Shown: one piece after another, positions 1 to 13,385 of the stretch | Layout of the letters: each line of letters starts with the position of its first letter | Numbering within the stretch: position 1 is the first letter of the stretch | Assembly: GCF_018977255.1 (NCBI RefSeq) | Contig: NW_024704742.1 | Span: 32,366,001-32,430,000, forward strand | Length of the DNA stretch: 64,000 bases | Origin: Callorhinchus milii | Taxonomy: Eukaryota | Direction of reading: 5' to 3' | Notes under the pieces: generated by a model | The model's input: only the letters and a program-made list of their open reading frames with translations | What the model was told of the DNA's origin: nothing | Databases searched by the model: none | Translations under genes and position numbers: made by a program

Positions 1-984
1 TGCAGTATGAACAAATTGTAACGCTTGTATGTCAGTCTTTCAGTGCTGTTTTTTAACACGAGTTGTCATATTTATTTACTGTATCTCAAAGTATGCTGAC
101 TCCATATCTATAGGTTTGTGTGGAGGTATCTATGGGTATCTGTCTGGAGCTATAGATTATTTTTGTAATTAACAAAACTAAGTTTTGAATGCTGCCCTGT
201 GGGAGGGGCGCTATATAAATGCAATTTGTTGTCGAATGCAGAAGATTTCTCACTGTTTTAATCATGATATCAATTGTTATTAACACTTACATTTTGAGCG
301 CTGAATGGCAGTTTTATTATTTTGAGTTCAATAAAGAAAGAATGGACGTCCTCCCGATGTGAAAGAGGCTAAACAAATGTAAGTTGAGTTGTTGTTGAAT
401 TCATTCATTTAACATTAAGAACACAATTTGTTTAAATGTGTTTAAAAGTTGGTGAAGCAAGATACTCTCCTAGTCCTGCCCTTCGATACTGTTTTAAACA
501 ATTGTTCAATTATCGTTTAATAGAACAGCAATATTTTGATTCTGTCAGAAATGTGGCCTTATCCAAGCTCCTGCCAAACTGAGTCACGTTGAGACCTTGT
601 GTATCTTTAGAAAGTGTTGTTGTTCAGAAGAGACATTGACTCATTATATATTAATGCTTCAGTATGAGTCATTTCTGGAATTAACTTAACACGACTGCAG
701 TTTTCTGCAGTCCACAGCCTTTTATAGCAGCTGCAGGAGTTTATAACACAATACAAAACAAATTTATATTTATATAACATCTTTCACAACAGGAGATTGT
801 CTCAAATGGTAAAAAGTGTCACCCGGACACACGCACAACATACACACAGCAATGACACAAGGAAATGTTTTTNAGAATGGAGGAATCATAATTCTTGCAA
901 TTGATTTAGTGCTTTATAGAAACATCTCAAACTGCTTCATAGGATTTGCTGGAAAGTCTAGTGACTCTTTCCTCCACAAGCTGC

Positions 985-1480
985 TTATTATTTCCTGTAC
1001 CAAGCTCCGTGAACCGATCAGCCCTATCCTCGCCTGGCATCACTGGCTTCCCATCCCCAGAGGATCGAGTTTAAGATCCTCATGCTCACTTTTAAAGCTC
1101 TCCATGGTCTTCAATCTGCTAAAAGCTTACCACTTGCCCCCTCCCTCCCCTCGGCATGCGCTGACCTGCCCATATCCCCACCCTGCCCACCCGCCATCGG
1201 CAGTCTGGCCTTCCTGCCCCCATCCGCTGGAACCCCAAATCAAAGTTCCTTCACTTCCCTTGCCTTCTTCAAGACCCTTCTAAGTCCTTCCTCTTTGACG
1301 TGCCTCCAGTCATCCTCGCACCCACACCCTCCTTGACCTTCACCCATCTTAATTGTAACCCTCAGCTCAGGTGCAAATCTGTCTCTGTCTGTCAGGTGCA
1401 AAGACTGTCCCAGCACCTTGGGGCATGTTCTCGACATGAAAGGTGCTACATAAATGCAATTTGTTGTTGGTGTTGTGTAT
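985..1480 (+). mobile_element. L2 3' fragment
   Basis: PISPILAWHHWLPI motif and ...AAATGCAATTTGTTGTTG tail. Confidence 0.85.
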
Positions 1481-2721
1481 TTTGTAGGTGAATGATTGTA
1501 GGTGAAAAATAATTACCACACCCACAATCAGCTGCAAACCGAATGAACAATTTTATCTGGGGAATTGTTGGCCTGGACAGTGGGAGAAACTCTCTTCTCT
1601 TTTCAAATAGTGCCGTGTGATATCTTTAACATCCACCTGAATCGGCTGAAGAAACCTCAGTTTTATGTCTCATCCAAAGGATGGCATTTCTAACAATATA
1701 GTATTCTCCGCATGCCACCCTGGAACAGACTTTGTGAGTTCAAAATCCCAATGTGGGATTAGAACCATCTGTCTTGGAGGCCAGAGTGCCACTAACTGAA
1801 TTCGGTTAGCATTTTGGTAGGTCATTGTGTATAGTTTCTGAAAATCAAATTCACTTCAGACAACAACAAGATATCCAGTAGTTGCGTAAAACATAATGGA
1901 TTTTGAATCCAGGAAAATTGGTCCTTTTTAACAACAGGCTAAGCAGAAAAGAGGTTTAGACGGCAAAGAAGCTCCTTAGATTGGATGGTGGAAGCGATGA
2001 TAAAGGTTGATTTGAATCATCCCTGGACTGTGACCAACAGATAACACCTCATTTATCTCTCTGCAGGCAAAGAAAATTGAAAGCTATTGCAAATCTGAAT
2101 TTGTTTATTTGTAGTAAAATCTTTGTAGGTGAAGTAACGCATTCTTTTTTAAAACTGAATTTGGAATCAGAATGCATGCCTAAAGCTTTGGTGCCCTCAC
2201 TAGGGTGGTTTTTAGGTTCATATGGAGTTTAGTTTCAGCTTCAAGCCAAACTGACATTAAAGCCCTAGCAAGTTCAATATGGAACACTCTGAAGTTGAAG
2301 CTGTGATTTAAGGTTATACGGGAGCTTCCTCTCCATTAAACACATGTAAGAATGAGTAAAAAAAAGGGGTGAAGCCCATTTTTTCAAAATGCATGCTTCT
2401 GCCGTAAGCCTCTCATGCAAAATGTATTCATTCATTACACTCACACTCTAGGATAACGCCCCATTGCAATGTTGGGGGAGCACTGCGTTCTCAGAGGTAC
2501 TGTTCTTCGAATGAGATGTTAAATCAAGGTCCAGTCTGTCTGTTGAGATGGACACTAAACACACTATGGAACTATTCAAATAAGAGAAGGGAGTTTCTTC
2601 TTGTTTCCTGGCCAACAATCCTCCAGATAAGATTAGTCATTCACTTCATGACTGTTTGCGTTGTGGGATATTGCTGTGTGCAAATTGCTGTGTTCACCTA
2701 CAAATATAGTCACTGCACATT

Positions 2722-3036
2722 ATAATAATAATCCTTGCATTTGATATAGCGCTTTTCATGTCAGGAGGATGTCCCAAAGCGCTTCACAGAACACACTGTA
2801 AAGTGAATTGACTGTATATTTGTGGGCGAACGCGGCAGCCAATTGCGCACAGCAATGTCCCACAAACAGTTGTGGATTGAAAATGACCAATTTTTTATTA
2901 TTGTTTTTGGTTTTGGAGGGGTTATTATTAGGCGTGTGGAGTAAGGAAACTTGCCCAAGGTTTCGCCCTGCCTGGAATTGAACTCCGGTCTCTCACTTGC
3001 AAAGTGAGTGCTCTAACCACTGAGCTACAGGACTCC
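2722..3036 (-). mobile_element. Young tRNA-derived DeuSINE-type SINE nested in an older SINE
   Basis: Reverse complement of the GGAGTCC-TGTAGCTCAGTGGTTAGAGC head, TGCTGTGCGCAATTGGCTGCC core and (TTA)n tail. Confidence 0.9.
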
Positions 3037-3892
3037 GCAAAGTTCATTATAGTAAATCCTGTAAATTGCTTTGAGTTGTTTCAGTGGCATGATAAGGTGC
3101 TATATCAAATGTCAGTTTTATTATTATTATTATTATAAAACAGAACAAAGCCTGAGACATTTTCTATTATGGTGTGTCAGGTGAATAACATACATGGAAA
3201 CTCATCACCATGCTTAAGAGACTTCAAACTAAAGTATTGAGGATTCATTTATGTACAATTTCTATTTATTTGGTGTGGAGTGCATACTCTCTCTCCAGAA
3301 GAACTTAGGTCAATCTTGGCAAGCTCCAAAGTTTGGGAATTGCAGAGTTTGCATTGAGGTACTGCTAATGTTTAACAAGCTTTAACTTTAACGTGTAGCT
3401 TGCCATTGAAAGTACTGCCTGGGAAACTTTAACACTGCTTCTCCTGATAGTCCATTGGCTTACAGAATTAACAGGAACTAAATGGGAAGAATCCCAGGGA
3501 CCAGTCTGCCCGTCCAAGTGCCCACCCCCAAAATCCCCAATACCCATGAACAGTAGCTTTTTGTAAGAGGTTTGATAGAATATTCAAGAACAGATTCACT
3601 TATTTCATGCATCTAAATACTGTGTATACAGCTCTTGCTTGTGCTTTAATTTTTGTTTCCTGGTCAATCTAAACCAGCCCTGAACCATAGCTGAGAGGAG
3701 GGCAGAGAATTGTTACATTACATCGAATAGATTAGATCTACTGATAAACACTAATTCAGTTGCCTTCCTATTGACATGCTTATCTTAGAGTTTAAAGCTG
3801 CAGTATTAAGAATTCTGGCTTCTCAAAGCCTTTTGTGATTCATCTATTTGGTAGTAGCTAAAAGTTCACATTCATTATAGTTCTATCAAGTA

Positions 3893-4285
3893 GGAGTCCC
3901 GTAGCTCTGTAGTTAGAACATTCGCCTCGCAAGAGAGAGACCTGGGCTCGATTCCCGGCACTGCAAAACCTTGGGCAAGTTTACTTACTCCACACACCTG
4001 ATAATAATCCCTCAAGAAAAGAAACAATAATAAATTGGTTCATTTCAATCCACGACTGTTTGTGGGATACTGCTGTGCGCAATTGGTTGCCACGAAGGGG
4101 AACAATATGAGGTAATAATAATAATCTTCACATTTTATATAGTGTCTCATCACATCTTCAGGACGTCTCAAAGCGCTTCACAGAATATACCGTAAAGTGT
4201 AGTGACCTTGTATTTTGTGGGCGAAATGCGGCAGCCAATTGCACACAGCAGTGTACCACAAACAGTTGTGGAATGAGTGATCAAA
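3893..4285. mobile_element. Two SINE fragments in opposite orientations
   Basis: + head/body to ~4095, then a reversed tail/body from ~4113. Confidence 0.75.
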
Positions 4286-4801
4286 TCATGATGATTTTTT
4301 TTGAATAGTTAGAAATTAAAGAAAGCATTTGTGGGAAAGTGGTCAAGGAGTAAACTACAGGTTATGGTAAAAAAGCAGATAAGTGTAAGGTAAGGTTCTG
4401 AAAGGATTGCTCCTCTAAAGATCCACCATGGACACAGTGGCCCAAATGGCCTTCTTCTGTGCTGTAAATTGCTATGGATCTATGGGTGCTTTAAGCTCTC
4501 TTACAGGTTAAATGTGGGAAGGGTGAGGTGATCTCAACTCATATATTGTGTTTTTGTGGTTCTACTAAATTACAGGAGTGAAGCTGAAGGAGGTAAATGA
4601 TGCAGTGAAAATAAATTAGAACTCCACAGAGTCTGGAAGAAGTTAATATTTGATCAAACGTCTCATTCTAGTTAGGTTTTCAACCATTTTCTTATTTTAG
4701 CTACAACAAATGGGTTTATTTCATTAAGTGATTTTATTTCAAGTGCAGTTCCTGTGTGTCTCCTCACTCCAAATGCATTCACTTCTGTTTCATGACATTG
4801 T

Positions 4802-5112
4802 GGAGTCCTATAGCTCAGTGGTTAGAGCACTCGCTTTGCAAGCGAGAGACCTGAGTTCAATTCCAGGCAGGTCAGGGCGAAACCTTGGGCAAGTTTCCTT
4901 ACTCCACACGCCTAATAATAATCCCTCCAAAACCAAAAACAATAACAAAATTTGTCATTTTCAATCCACGACTGTTTGCTGTGCGCAATTGGCTGCCCCG
5001 TTCGCCCACAAATATACAGTCAATTCACTTTACAGTGTGTTCTGTGAAGCGCTTTGGGACGTCCTCCCGACGTGAAAAGTGCTATATCAAATGCAAGGAT
5101 TATTATTATTAT
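4802..5112 (+). mobile_element. Full-length young tRNA(Ala-like)-derived SINE
   Basis: A box TAGCTCAGTGG, stem-loop CTCGC-TTTGCAA-GCGAG, B box GAGTTCAATTCC, Deu-like core, LINE-like tail, (TTA)n. Confidence 0.93.
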
Positions 5113-5706
5113 CAATGTATTGCAGCAAAATTATAGCCAGTAAAATCAAACAAATCATGCTGTTAATACACTTGAATGTGCATGTGTCAGCCTGGCTCAG
5201 TTGGTAGCACTCTTGCCTGTCATTATTATTATTATTAATGATAAAAGATTGTGGGTTCAATCAAGCCCACGTCAGGATTTTGAGCTCATAGTCTAGGCTA
5301 ACACCCTAGTGCAGTGTTTGGGAGTGCCATCTTAAATCGAGATCCCGTCTGCCTATTCAAATAGATGTTAAAGATCCCATGACATGACTCAAACAGAGAA
5401 GGGAGTTTCTCCAAGTATCCTGGCGAACAATCCCCCAGATGTTTGAAGAGATAGGTTTTAAGATATTGTTAAGAAATGTTTGAATGAAATATTGAAATAG
5501 GAACAGAAGTAGGCCATTTGGCCTATCAAGTTTGCTCCACTATTTCCTTAGATCTTGGCTGATCTGTAACTCAATATCAATTGCCTTCCTTTTCTCCAAG
5601 CCCTTCTATACACTTCCTAGCTAAGTATTTATCTACTTCCTTCTTAAACCTTCCCTCTGACTCTTTATTAATAGTCCTTTGAAGAAATGAATTCCATGAT
5701 CCATTA

Positions 5707-6590
5707 CAACAACAACAAGATTCCATTTATAGAGCGCCTTTCACGTCAGAAGGACGTCCCAAGGCGCTGTACAGTTGGGTCAGGACCCGAGCAGGGGGGA
5801 AATGGTCAGGGTGAGGGGAGGGAAGGGAGGGAGCGAGGAGGGGTTAGAGAGTCGAGAGGGGAGCTGAAGGCTCGGTCAAAGAGACCGGCCTTGAAGGAGG
5901 AAAGGGAGGAGGCGGCGAAGGCACTGGGGGATAGAGTTCCAGAGCCTGGGGGCTGAGAGACTGAAGGCCCGGCCACCGATGGAGGGCGGTTGGGGCGGGG
6001 GATGTGGAGCAGACCGGAGCCAGAGGAACGGAGGGTACGGGCAGGTAAGCAGGGGGATAGTAGGTCGGAGAGGTAGGAGGGAGCAAGGCCGTGAATGGCC
6101 TTGTAGGTGAGGGTGAGGATCTTGAATTCGATCCTCTGGGGGATGGGGAGCCAGTGGAGGCGAGCGAGGGTGGGTGTGATGTGGTCCCGAAGCCTGGTGC
6201 GGGACAGTACACGAGCTGCAGAGTTCTGAATGACCTGCAGCTTGTGGAGGGAGGTGGCGGGAAGGCCGGCGAGGAGAGAGTTCCCATAGTCCAGCCTTGA
6301 GGTGATAAAGGCGTGAACCAGGGTTTCAGCAGCGTGAGGGGTGAGGTAGTGCCATAGTCTGGCGATGTTCCGGAGGTGATGGAAGGCGGTGCCAGTTGTG
6401 GTGCGGATGTGAGGGAGAAAGGACAGCTCAGGGTCGAACAAAACGCCGAGGTTCCTGACCGGCTTTGAGAGGTGGAGAGTGCAGCCTTGGATGCTGATGC
6501 TGTCAGCGCCAGAGGTGCGGAGGCGCTGACGCGAGCCAATCAGGAGGGCCTCAGTTTTATGCACATTGAGCTGAAGAAAGTTGTCTCTCG
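5707..6590 (-). mobile_element. Young 5'-truncated L2-clade LINE inserted in a CR1 fragment
   Basis: 252-aa ORF2 C-terminus (KTEALLIG, VRNLGVLFD, SRLDYGNSLLAGLP, LHWLPI); (TTG)n tail; flanking TCCATTA direct repeat. Confidence 0.95.
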
Positions 6591-6884
6591 TCCATTAACT
6601 TTCTGAGTAAAGGAATGTGTTTTGATTTCACTACCAACAAGTGGAGCTCTAATATTTAGATTATGCTCCCTTTGTTCTGGATTCTCCATCCAGAGGAAAG
6701 TGTCTCCCCTTATCCACTCTTAAAATAACTAAATTAGAGAAATATTTATTTTTATCATTCTTAATTGATGTTACATGGATAAGTAGGTCGTAACTCTTCA
6801 GTGTATGCATTTAAAAAATGATTAGAAGTATAACACTGATATTAACTAAGAAAAGCTGCCATCCCTCATATTATTTCCTAACAG

Positions 6885-7315
6885 AAATCTAATTTGTTCT
6901 TGATAGAATCAACACTTTCTGCTTCCACTATTTCCCTAGGGAGCCTGTTCCATGAGTTTAATACTCACTCACTAAAGTAGCGTTTCCGCAGATTTGTTCT
7001 GAATTTACCCCCCTTCAACCTCAGGCTGTGTGCTCTGGTTGTATTCAATACAAGATTAAACATCTTATCATGGTCTACGTTATCTAGTCCCTTTAGAATC
7101 TTAAGGACCATAGTCATATCGCCCCTCAACCTTCTCTTCTCCAGCGTGAGTATGTCCGATTTATCCAATCGTTCCTCTTAGTCCAGTCCCTCCATCCCCT
7201 CAATCATTTTGGTTGCTCTCCTCCGTATCCTCTCAATTGCTGCAATATCCTTTTAGTATTGTGGTGACCAGAACTGCATACAGTATTCCAAGTGCTGTTG
7301 CATAAATGATTTATA
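6885..7315 (-). mobile_element. CR1 LINE 3' fragment
   Basis: LEKRRLRGDM..KILKGLD..TRAHSLRL..RKRYFSE motif. Confidence 0.9.
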
Positions 7316-7981
7316 ATTGCTGAATGTCATTGTCACAATGGAAATGATTAAAAGAAGTCGATGCAAATATCAAATATCTGCACATTATGAATTGTGTCAG
7401 TTAAGTTTGCTATCCAAAAGGGAGGTACAGTACATCACACACTTTAACAATTATTTACTTCTGTTGCATTCAATTCTCTTCCTCCACTGGAAGCCATAAT
7501 AGCTGGATTCCTATCCTGCTGAGCACATTTTACACAGCCTTGTTCCCTTTCTCACGTATTGCAGTGCTCACCATACTGGAATAAGGCTGGTAGCTAAATG
7601 CTTCGGTCTTACCTTCGGGGGGGAAAAATAACTGTTTCACTGTTTATGATTAACCATTGCTGAGAGGAACACAATTCTGGCCATTCTTTATTGTCATTTA
7701 TGTCAACCTGATGCACAAGGCCAATTGCAACCAAATTGAAACGGTCTGGCACATCGAGCCTGCAGTCTCTTCCCGTCATGAATAATTAAAAAGCATCCGC
7801 TTTCTTCAGCTCGCTGTCGAAGGAAGAGAGTGAACTACAGAAAATCTTGAACAATAACTGATATCGATCAGGGACAAGCTGTGACTGCAAAATGTTTTAG
7901 TACTGCGGCAGCAATCCAATGATTTGAAGCCAGGGCATGTTGAAGAGAATTTCTTCATCCTCAGGATTAGGAAAGTGATGA

Positions 7982-8318
7982 GAGTCCTGTAGCGTATTGG
8001 TTAGAGCACTCGCCTTGCAACCGAGAGGACCCGAGTTCAATTCCTGGGCGGGGCGAAAACTGAGGCAAGGTTCGTTACGCCACAAGTCTCTGTTTACCAA
8101 GCAGTAAGTAGGAACTGGGTTGTTAGTTGACTTGTGAATTGCTTTCAGGATGGTAATAATCCTTTAAAAAAACAATAATAATCTGGTCACTTAATCCACA
8201 ACTTGTTTGTGGGAAACTGCTGCATGCAATCGGCTGCCCTGTTTCACCCACAAAATATACCGTCAATTCACTTCACAGTATATTCAATATATCAAATGCA
8301 AGGATTATTATTATTATA
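7982..8318 (+). mobile_element. SINE, longer subfamily
   Basis: Same head and tail plus an extra TCTGTTTACC..AGTAAGTAGGAA segment. Confidence 0.85.
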
Positions 8319-10277
8319 AGAACGACAGTATTGATATCAGTCTCTAACAAGAAGGGTCCAGTGTCCTGGCCTCAATCAGGAAGGGTGGCTGAGGCCAGGG
8401 CATTGAACTCATTTAAAAAAAGGGCTTGTTGCTGTGATGGGAGGATGGGAGGTTGGGTCTTCCAGAGGAATGAGATCTGATTGCTGAATGACCTTCTTTA
8501 TCTAAATCTTGTGATTTTGTGAGTAATGCCTTCTCAAATTTAGAGATTATAATGCATTACCGCAAGCAAAACATGGCTGGGGCATTTCTTTGATATTAAA
8601 CCAAATAATGTAGGACCATAGAAAACAGGAGAAGATCTTTTAGCCCATCAAGCCTGTTTTACCAGTTTATTAGATCTTGGCAGATCTTTTAGCACCAATG
8701 CCTTGTCCTTTTGCCGTACCCCTTACTACATCTGCTGCCCAGCGCTTTAGGACATCCTCCCGACGTGAAATGAGCAATACAAATGTACTTTGTTGTTATT
8801 GTGCTTAAGAATAAGTAATCATGTTTTGTATGGACAGGCTAAAAANTAGTCATGAATGAGATGTGAGAACAATCCAGGATTTGATAATAACTCTCAGTGA
8901 GACTTCCCGCAAAACTGAACCAGAAAAGATTCATGGTTGAGTCAACAGCTTGTAGTAATCATGAGGTAGATGTTTCTTCACAAAGCAAGTTTATGTCTTC
9001 TAACATAGGATTAAAAGGATGAACTTTCACATAAAAACACAGGGAAAAATAAACTGATTAGTGACTAAACAAGACACACAGTGTATCCTGTGAAGCACTT
9101 TGGGACATCTTCCAGATATGAGAGGCGCTATACCAAATGTAAGGATTATTAAGCAAATAGCTCAAAGAAGCACTCATCAGGGCAGATTGCTCCTTGAAAA
9201 GGAATTCTCAAATTTGACCGTGTGTTCTGTTGATTTGTAGTGACTTACACTAACAATACAGCAGTATTTTAACAAGATGAATCTGTCACACTATTAAAAC
9301 ACGGTCCTTTAATGCAATATTTTTACAGTAAAACTTAACAAAACTTGCTTTTATGGATTTCTAGTTGTTTGACACTGAAGTATTATTTGAGCGTAACCAC
9401 CGACAAACAAATTTATTTTTGCAATAGTTTTGCCATGGTGTCTATCTTGTTAGATATTCTGACAGAGGATCCAATACATTTGCTCTAAATCCTTCTAATA
9501 TTAATAATTCTGCAAGTGTCTAAATTTATCCCTGTGCTGCTCTGATCCTGAATTTTACCAATTACCAGCTTCTCCCCCAATGACAGTTCCTATTTCCATG
9601 AGGTGCTCAAACTAATATTTATTTTCCTTATTGCTTATGGTCTCCATCTATATTATCCTTCACTGGGGCGTGACAAAGGGCAACTTTGTAATTAATTCCC
9701 ATGGCATGAGTCCTTGCGGATGGTACTGTTGTTGCATTATAAATATATTCTGGAAATGTACATTTCAGTACTGGGATGGTGAGTTTAATAATGAGAGAAA
9801 TGAAACTATGTTGGATTCTAGATACATCCAGCATGGAACAGAATAATTCACTGTATTTGGGCCGGTTTGGCTCTGCATTTGGCTGAATAAATAAACAGGG
9901 TTACAAATCCAAACAAAATGTTTCAGAACTTCTTACCATCAAAAGCATCTTATTTTATAAGATGAGATCTACTTCAGAGCAATTGTTCTCTTTGGCAGAC
10001 AAGCATTTGCATCAAGCTTTACTGCCTGTGCTTTGGGCTTAATCTCCTGGTAAAACAGATCCTGGAGCTTCAAATCCCCCCAAATAATTTATAATTACTG
10101 GATTTGGTAAAAATCCCTTTAGTCAATTGAAGTTTGGTTAATGGGATCAAATGTTTCTTTGTTGCTTCAATCCGCTATTTGCGTCTGGTTACAGGTATAG
10201 TCACTATACATTACATTAGATCCTGTAAAGCACTTTGAGACATTGTAATGACATGATAAAGTGCTATATCAAATGCA

Positions 10278-10310
<33 letters not shown>

Positions 10311-10959
10311 TCATTTGTGTTATATAATTGACACAATCGCATGACACAAATTTAAAGGTGTAATGCCATCATGAAAAATGTGTGGCAAAGCGTGATGTTT
10401 CTCGGAAACAGTACAATGCAGAGATATAAATATTTTCAAAACGTTTCATTGAATCATTTGTGCATTGTGTCATCATGCTGAAATTTACATATGAGCTGCT
10501 CTTTTGTCCAACGGAAACATTTGCCCAACAAAGTACTTTTTTGTGAAAGAAGAATCTCATCTGAAATTCATAGCATGCATTTCCATTTGTTGCTGTGAGC
10601 CAAACAGTATTTTTCTCAATTTGGTAAATTTCACACATTTGTCGCTGTGCATATATAAATGACTCCAGGGCAATTTTATCGAAATAATATTATTTGCATT
10701 TAATATACCATCTTATTACATTGTCGATACATCTCAAAGTGCTTCACTAGAATTACTGCAGAGTGTATTGACTCTACAAACGTAAGTGAACACACCAGCC
10801 AATTTGCTCATTGCAGTCTACCACAAGTTTTATTTGAGGGATTATTGGCTAGGATACCGGGAGAACCTCCCTTTTCTATTCATATAGTGCCACCTTTAGT
10901 GCCTCCTGCTTGTCTCCCACCAGCAGCTCCATACCTCGGGCGCTGACAACATCAACCTT

Positions 10960-11702
10960 CATGGATGCACTCTACATCTCATGGAGCCATTATCCTTCAT
11001 ATCCCACATCCATGCCATGACCTGCTCCGCCTTTCCTCATCTCTGCATTATTGTCCGGTTCTGCTACTGTCTCTCACCGCAGGCCGAGGAGACATTCATC
11101 CACTCGTTCATCACATCCAGGCTTGACTAAGCAAACATCCTGCTTCTCGACTCCCCATCTCCTTCCTCCACATACTGCAAATCAATCAGAACTCTGCAGC
11201 CTGTGTCCACTCCAGCACCAGGCTCCATGACCCTATCACCCTCATTCTCGCCTGATTCCACTGGCTTCCCATCACGCAGAGGATACAGTTCAAGATCCTG
11301 GTCCTCGTCTTCAAAGCCCTCCATGGCCTCGCTCCCCCCTACCTCTGTGACCTCCTAACCCCCTTACTAAACTGTCTGCCCCAGTCTGCTCAGCAGGCTC
11401 TGGCTGTGCTTCACATCCCCCGCCCTGCCCGCCCCAGCATTGGCAGGCGGGCCTTCAGCCTCTCTGCCCACAATCTTTGAAACTCCATTCCACAGTCTCT
11501 CCACCTCACCGTCTCCCTTACCTCCTTCAAGACCCCTCTCAAGAGCTTCCTCTTTGACTGTGCCTTCAGTCACCCTCCTACTCTCTCCACCCCTCACCCC
11601 TCCTGATTCCAACCACCAGCTTAGGTGTGGATACTTGACTGTCCAGCACCTTGGGACATCCTTCTGACATGAAAGGCGCTATACAAATGTAATTTGTTAT
11701 TG
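10960..11702 (+). mobile_element. Decayed L2 3' fragment
   Basis: Similar to the 5707-6590 element; tail GGGACATCCTTCTGACATGAAAGGCGCT. Confidence 0.85.
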
Positions 11703-13017
11703 TATTCGGCTTGTTTAACAATGCAGGCACCCCCAGCACTATAATAGAATGGTCACCTGAGAATCCAAAGTTAGCCTTTAAAAGTATCATTTAATTCTAT
11801 GTGCATTTTATTGGCCTTTGTTTGCATTTTGGTTATAACACAGGGCCTGAGACATCAGACCCAGATGACAGTGTTATAATGGAATTGCTTTGTACATATA
11901 TAATAATCCTCACTCTTGATTTCACACACATACATACTTGTAAAGAAAGAATACTTTGAGACATGAAAAAAGATGGGGAAGGTGAATTTAATAGATCTGA
12001 AATGATCTAATCAAGTGGTGGAACAGTTATACTTTTGAAATAAGCATTAGAGGATAAAAATTGGAGTTGAAAATTGCAGGAACTCAGTAACATAAAGGAT
12101 TCATTTGAACTTGTATCCTATAACACTCTGGGGAGAAGTTCTACCTTGGTTTATATCTATATATTTTTTCTTGGTATTACATAGCATGCAAATATTCGAT
12201 TATTCTTATTTAGTGTTAATTTTCAAGCCAATTTTTGTAAATTCTTGGCCATGACCAAAGGAGAAACTGCCTTCCCCTTTTTCAAATAATGCCATGGGAT
12301 CTTTCTTGTACACCTGAAAAGGCACTGAGTGTCAGAGTGTCATTCAAAGGACACAGTTTAACTGTGTCGCACAGTTTAACGTGTCATTCAAAGGACACTA
12401 CCTCTGATAATACAGCGTTCCCCCATCATTTTGTTGGAGTGTGAGCCTTGACTAAATAAACTAAGTGGAGCTTATCTTCCAGAAGTTGCTGTGCAAGTCT
12501 TTCATCTTCAAATGTGGTTTACTGCTAGAGAAGCACCAGTTCTTGCCAGGCTCCACTTCCCCCAAATACCGAATGGATCGACTTCAGGATCCTCTCATCC
12601 GTTTTCAAATCCCTTCATGCCTTCGCACCTCCCTACCTATCCCAATTTGTTTACCCCCCCACTCCACGAACCGCTGCCTCCGCTCAATCAGCTCCTGCCT
12701 CCTGTTCGTCCCTTGCCCCTTTCAGCTACTACGCCCCGAAACTCTGGAACTCTCCCTCAACCTTGCCCCTCCCTCCCCACTTTCAAATCCTGCCTAAAGA
12801 CCTTCCCTTTTGATCTTTCTTACAGTCACCTCCCTCTCCCTCTGGCTCGGGGTCAGACTCCGCACTGTCATGCACTCCAGGACGTTGCCCCACTTGAAGG
12901 GTGCTTTGCAAATGCAAGTTGCTTTTTAAAATGTTAGTTAAAAGGGTCAGAAATCTGCCATTATTTACCTAAATTTATTTCAGCGATTCAGAGAAATGAA
13001 TTTTCAGGATTTAAATG

Positions 13018-13385
13018 CAGTAAAACTCGCATAAGTCTTATCTTTATAATTCCTAATCACTTAAGTTGTACATCCACCCGAGTTCCATTCAGTTTCCTAT
13101 CAAAACCATTTAGATTTCCTTTCACCTAGTCGTATTTATCACCTCCAAATGCCACACCCGTATCTTCCATTACTCCCGCACTACCCGCTGCCTTGAATCA
13201 CGGAAAATGACTAACCCGTCGACGCATACACACTTACCAGCTGCATTGAATTACGCATGTGCAGTGTAGATTATTGATTAAATCGGATTTTATGCAACTT
13301 ATACAGTTTGCCTGCAACTTGGACTTCACTTAAGACATAGTAAATGTTATGGTCCCGACTGATACAACTTATGTGAGTTTTAGTG
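13018..13385. mobile_element. Tigger/pogo-like MITE
   Basis: Imperfect TIRs CAGTAAAACTCGCATAAGT / ACTTATGTGAGTTTTAGTG followed by TA; subterminal GGTCCC; no ORF. Confidence 0.75.

Noticed and set aside
2761..2958. Recurrent 'MGKFPYSTRLII..' ORFs at 2761, 4885 and 19311
   Set aside because: Translations of the same SINE, not a gene family.
4802..4870. tRNA-Ala(TGC)-like sequence (also at 19231, and reversed at 3036 and 52754)
   Set aside because: No proper acceptor stem; it continues into a shared ~240-bp body and tail in many copies, so it is a SINE head rather than a tRNA gene.
5844..6539. 231-aa Pro/Ser-rich ORF
   Set aside because: Shadow frame of the L2 ORF2.
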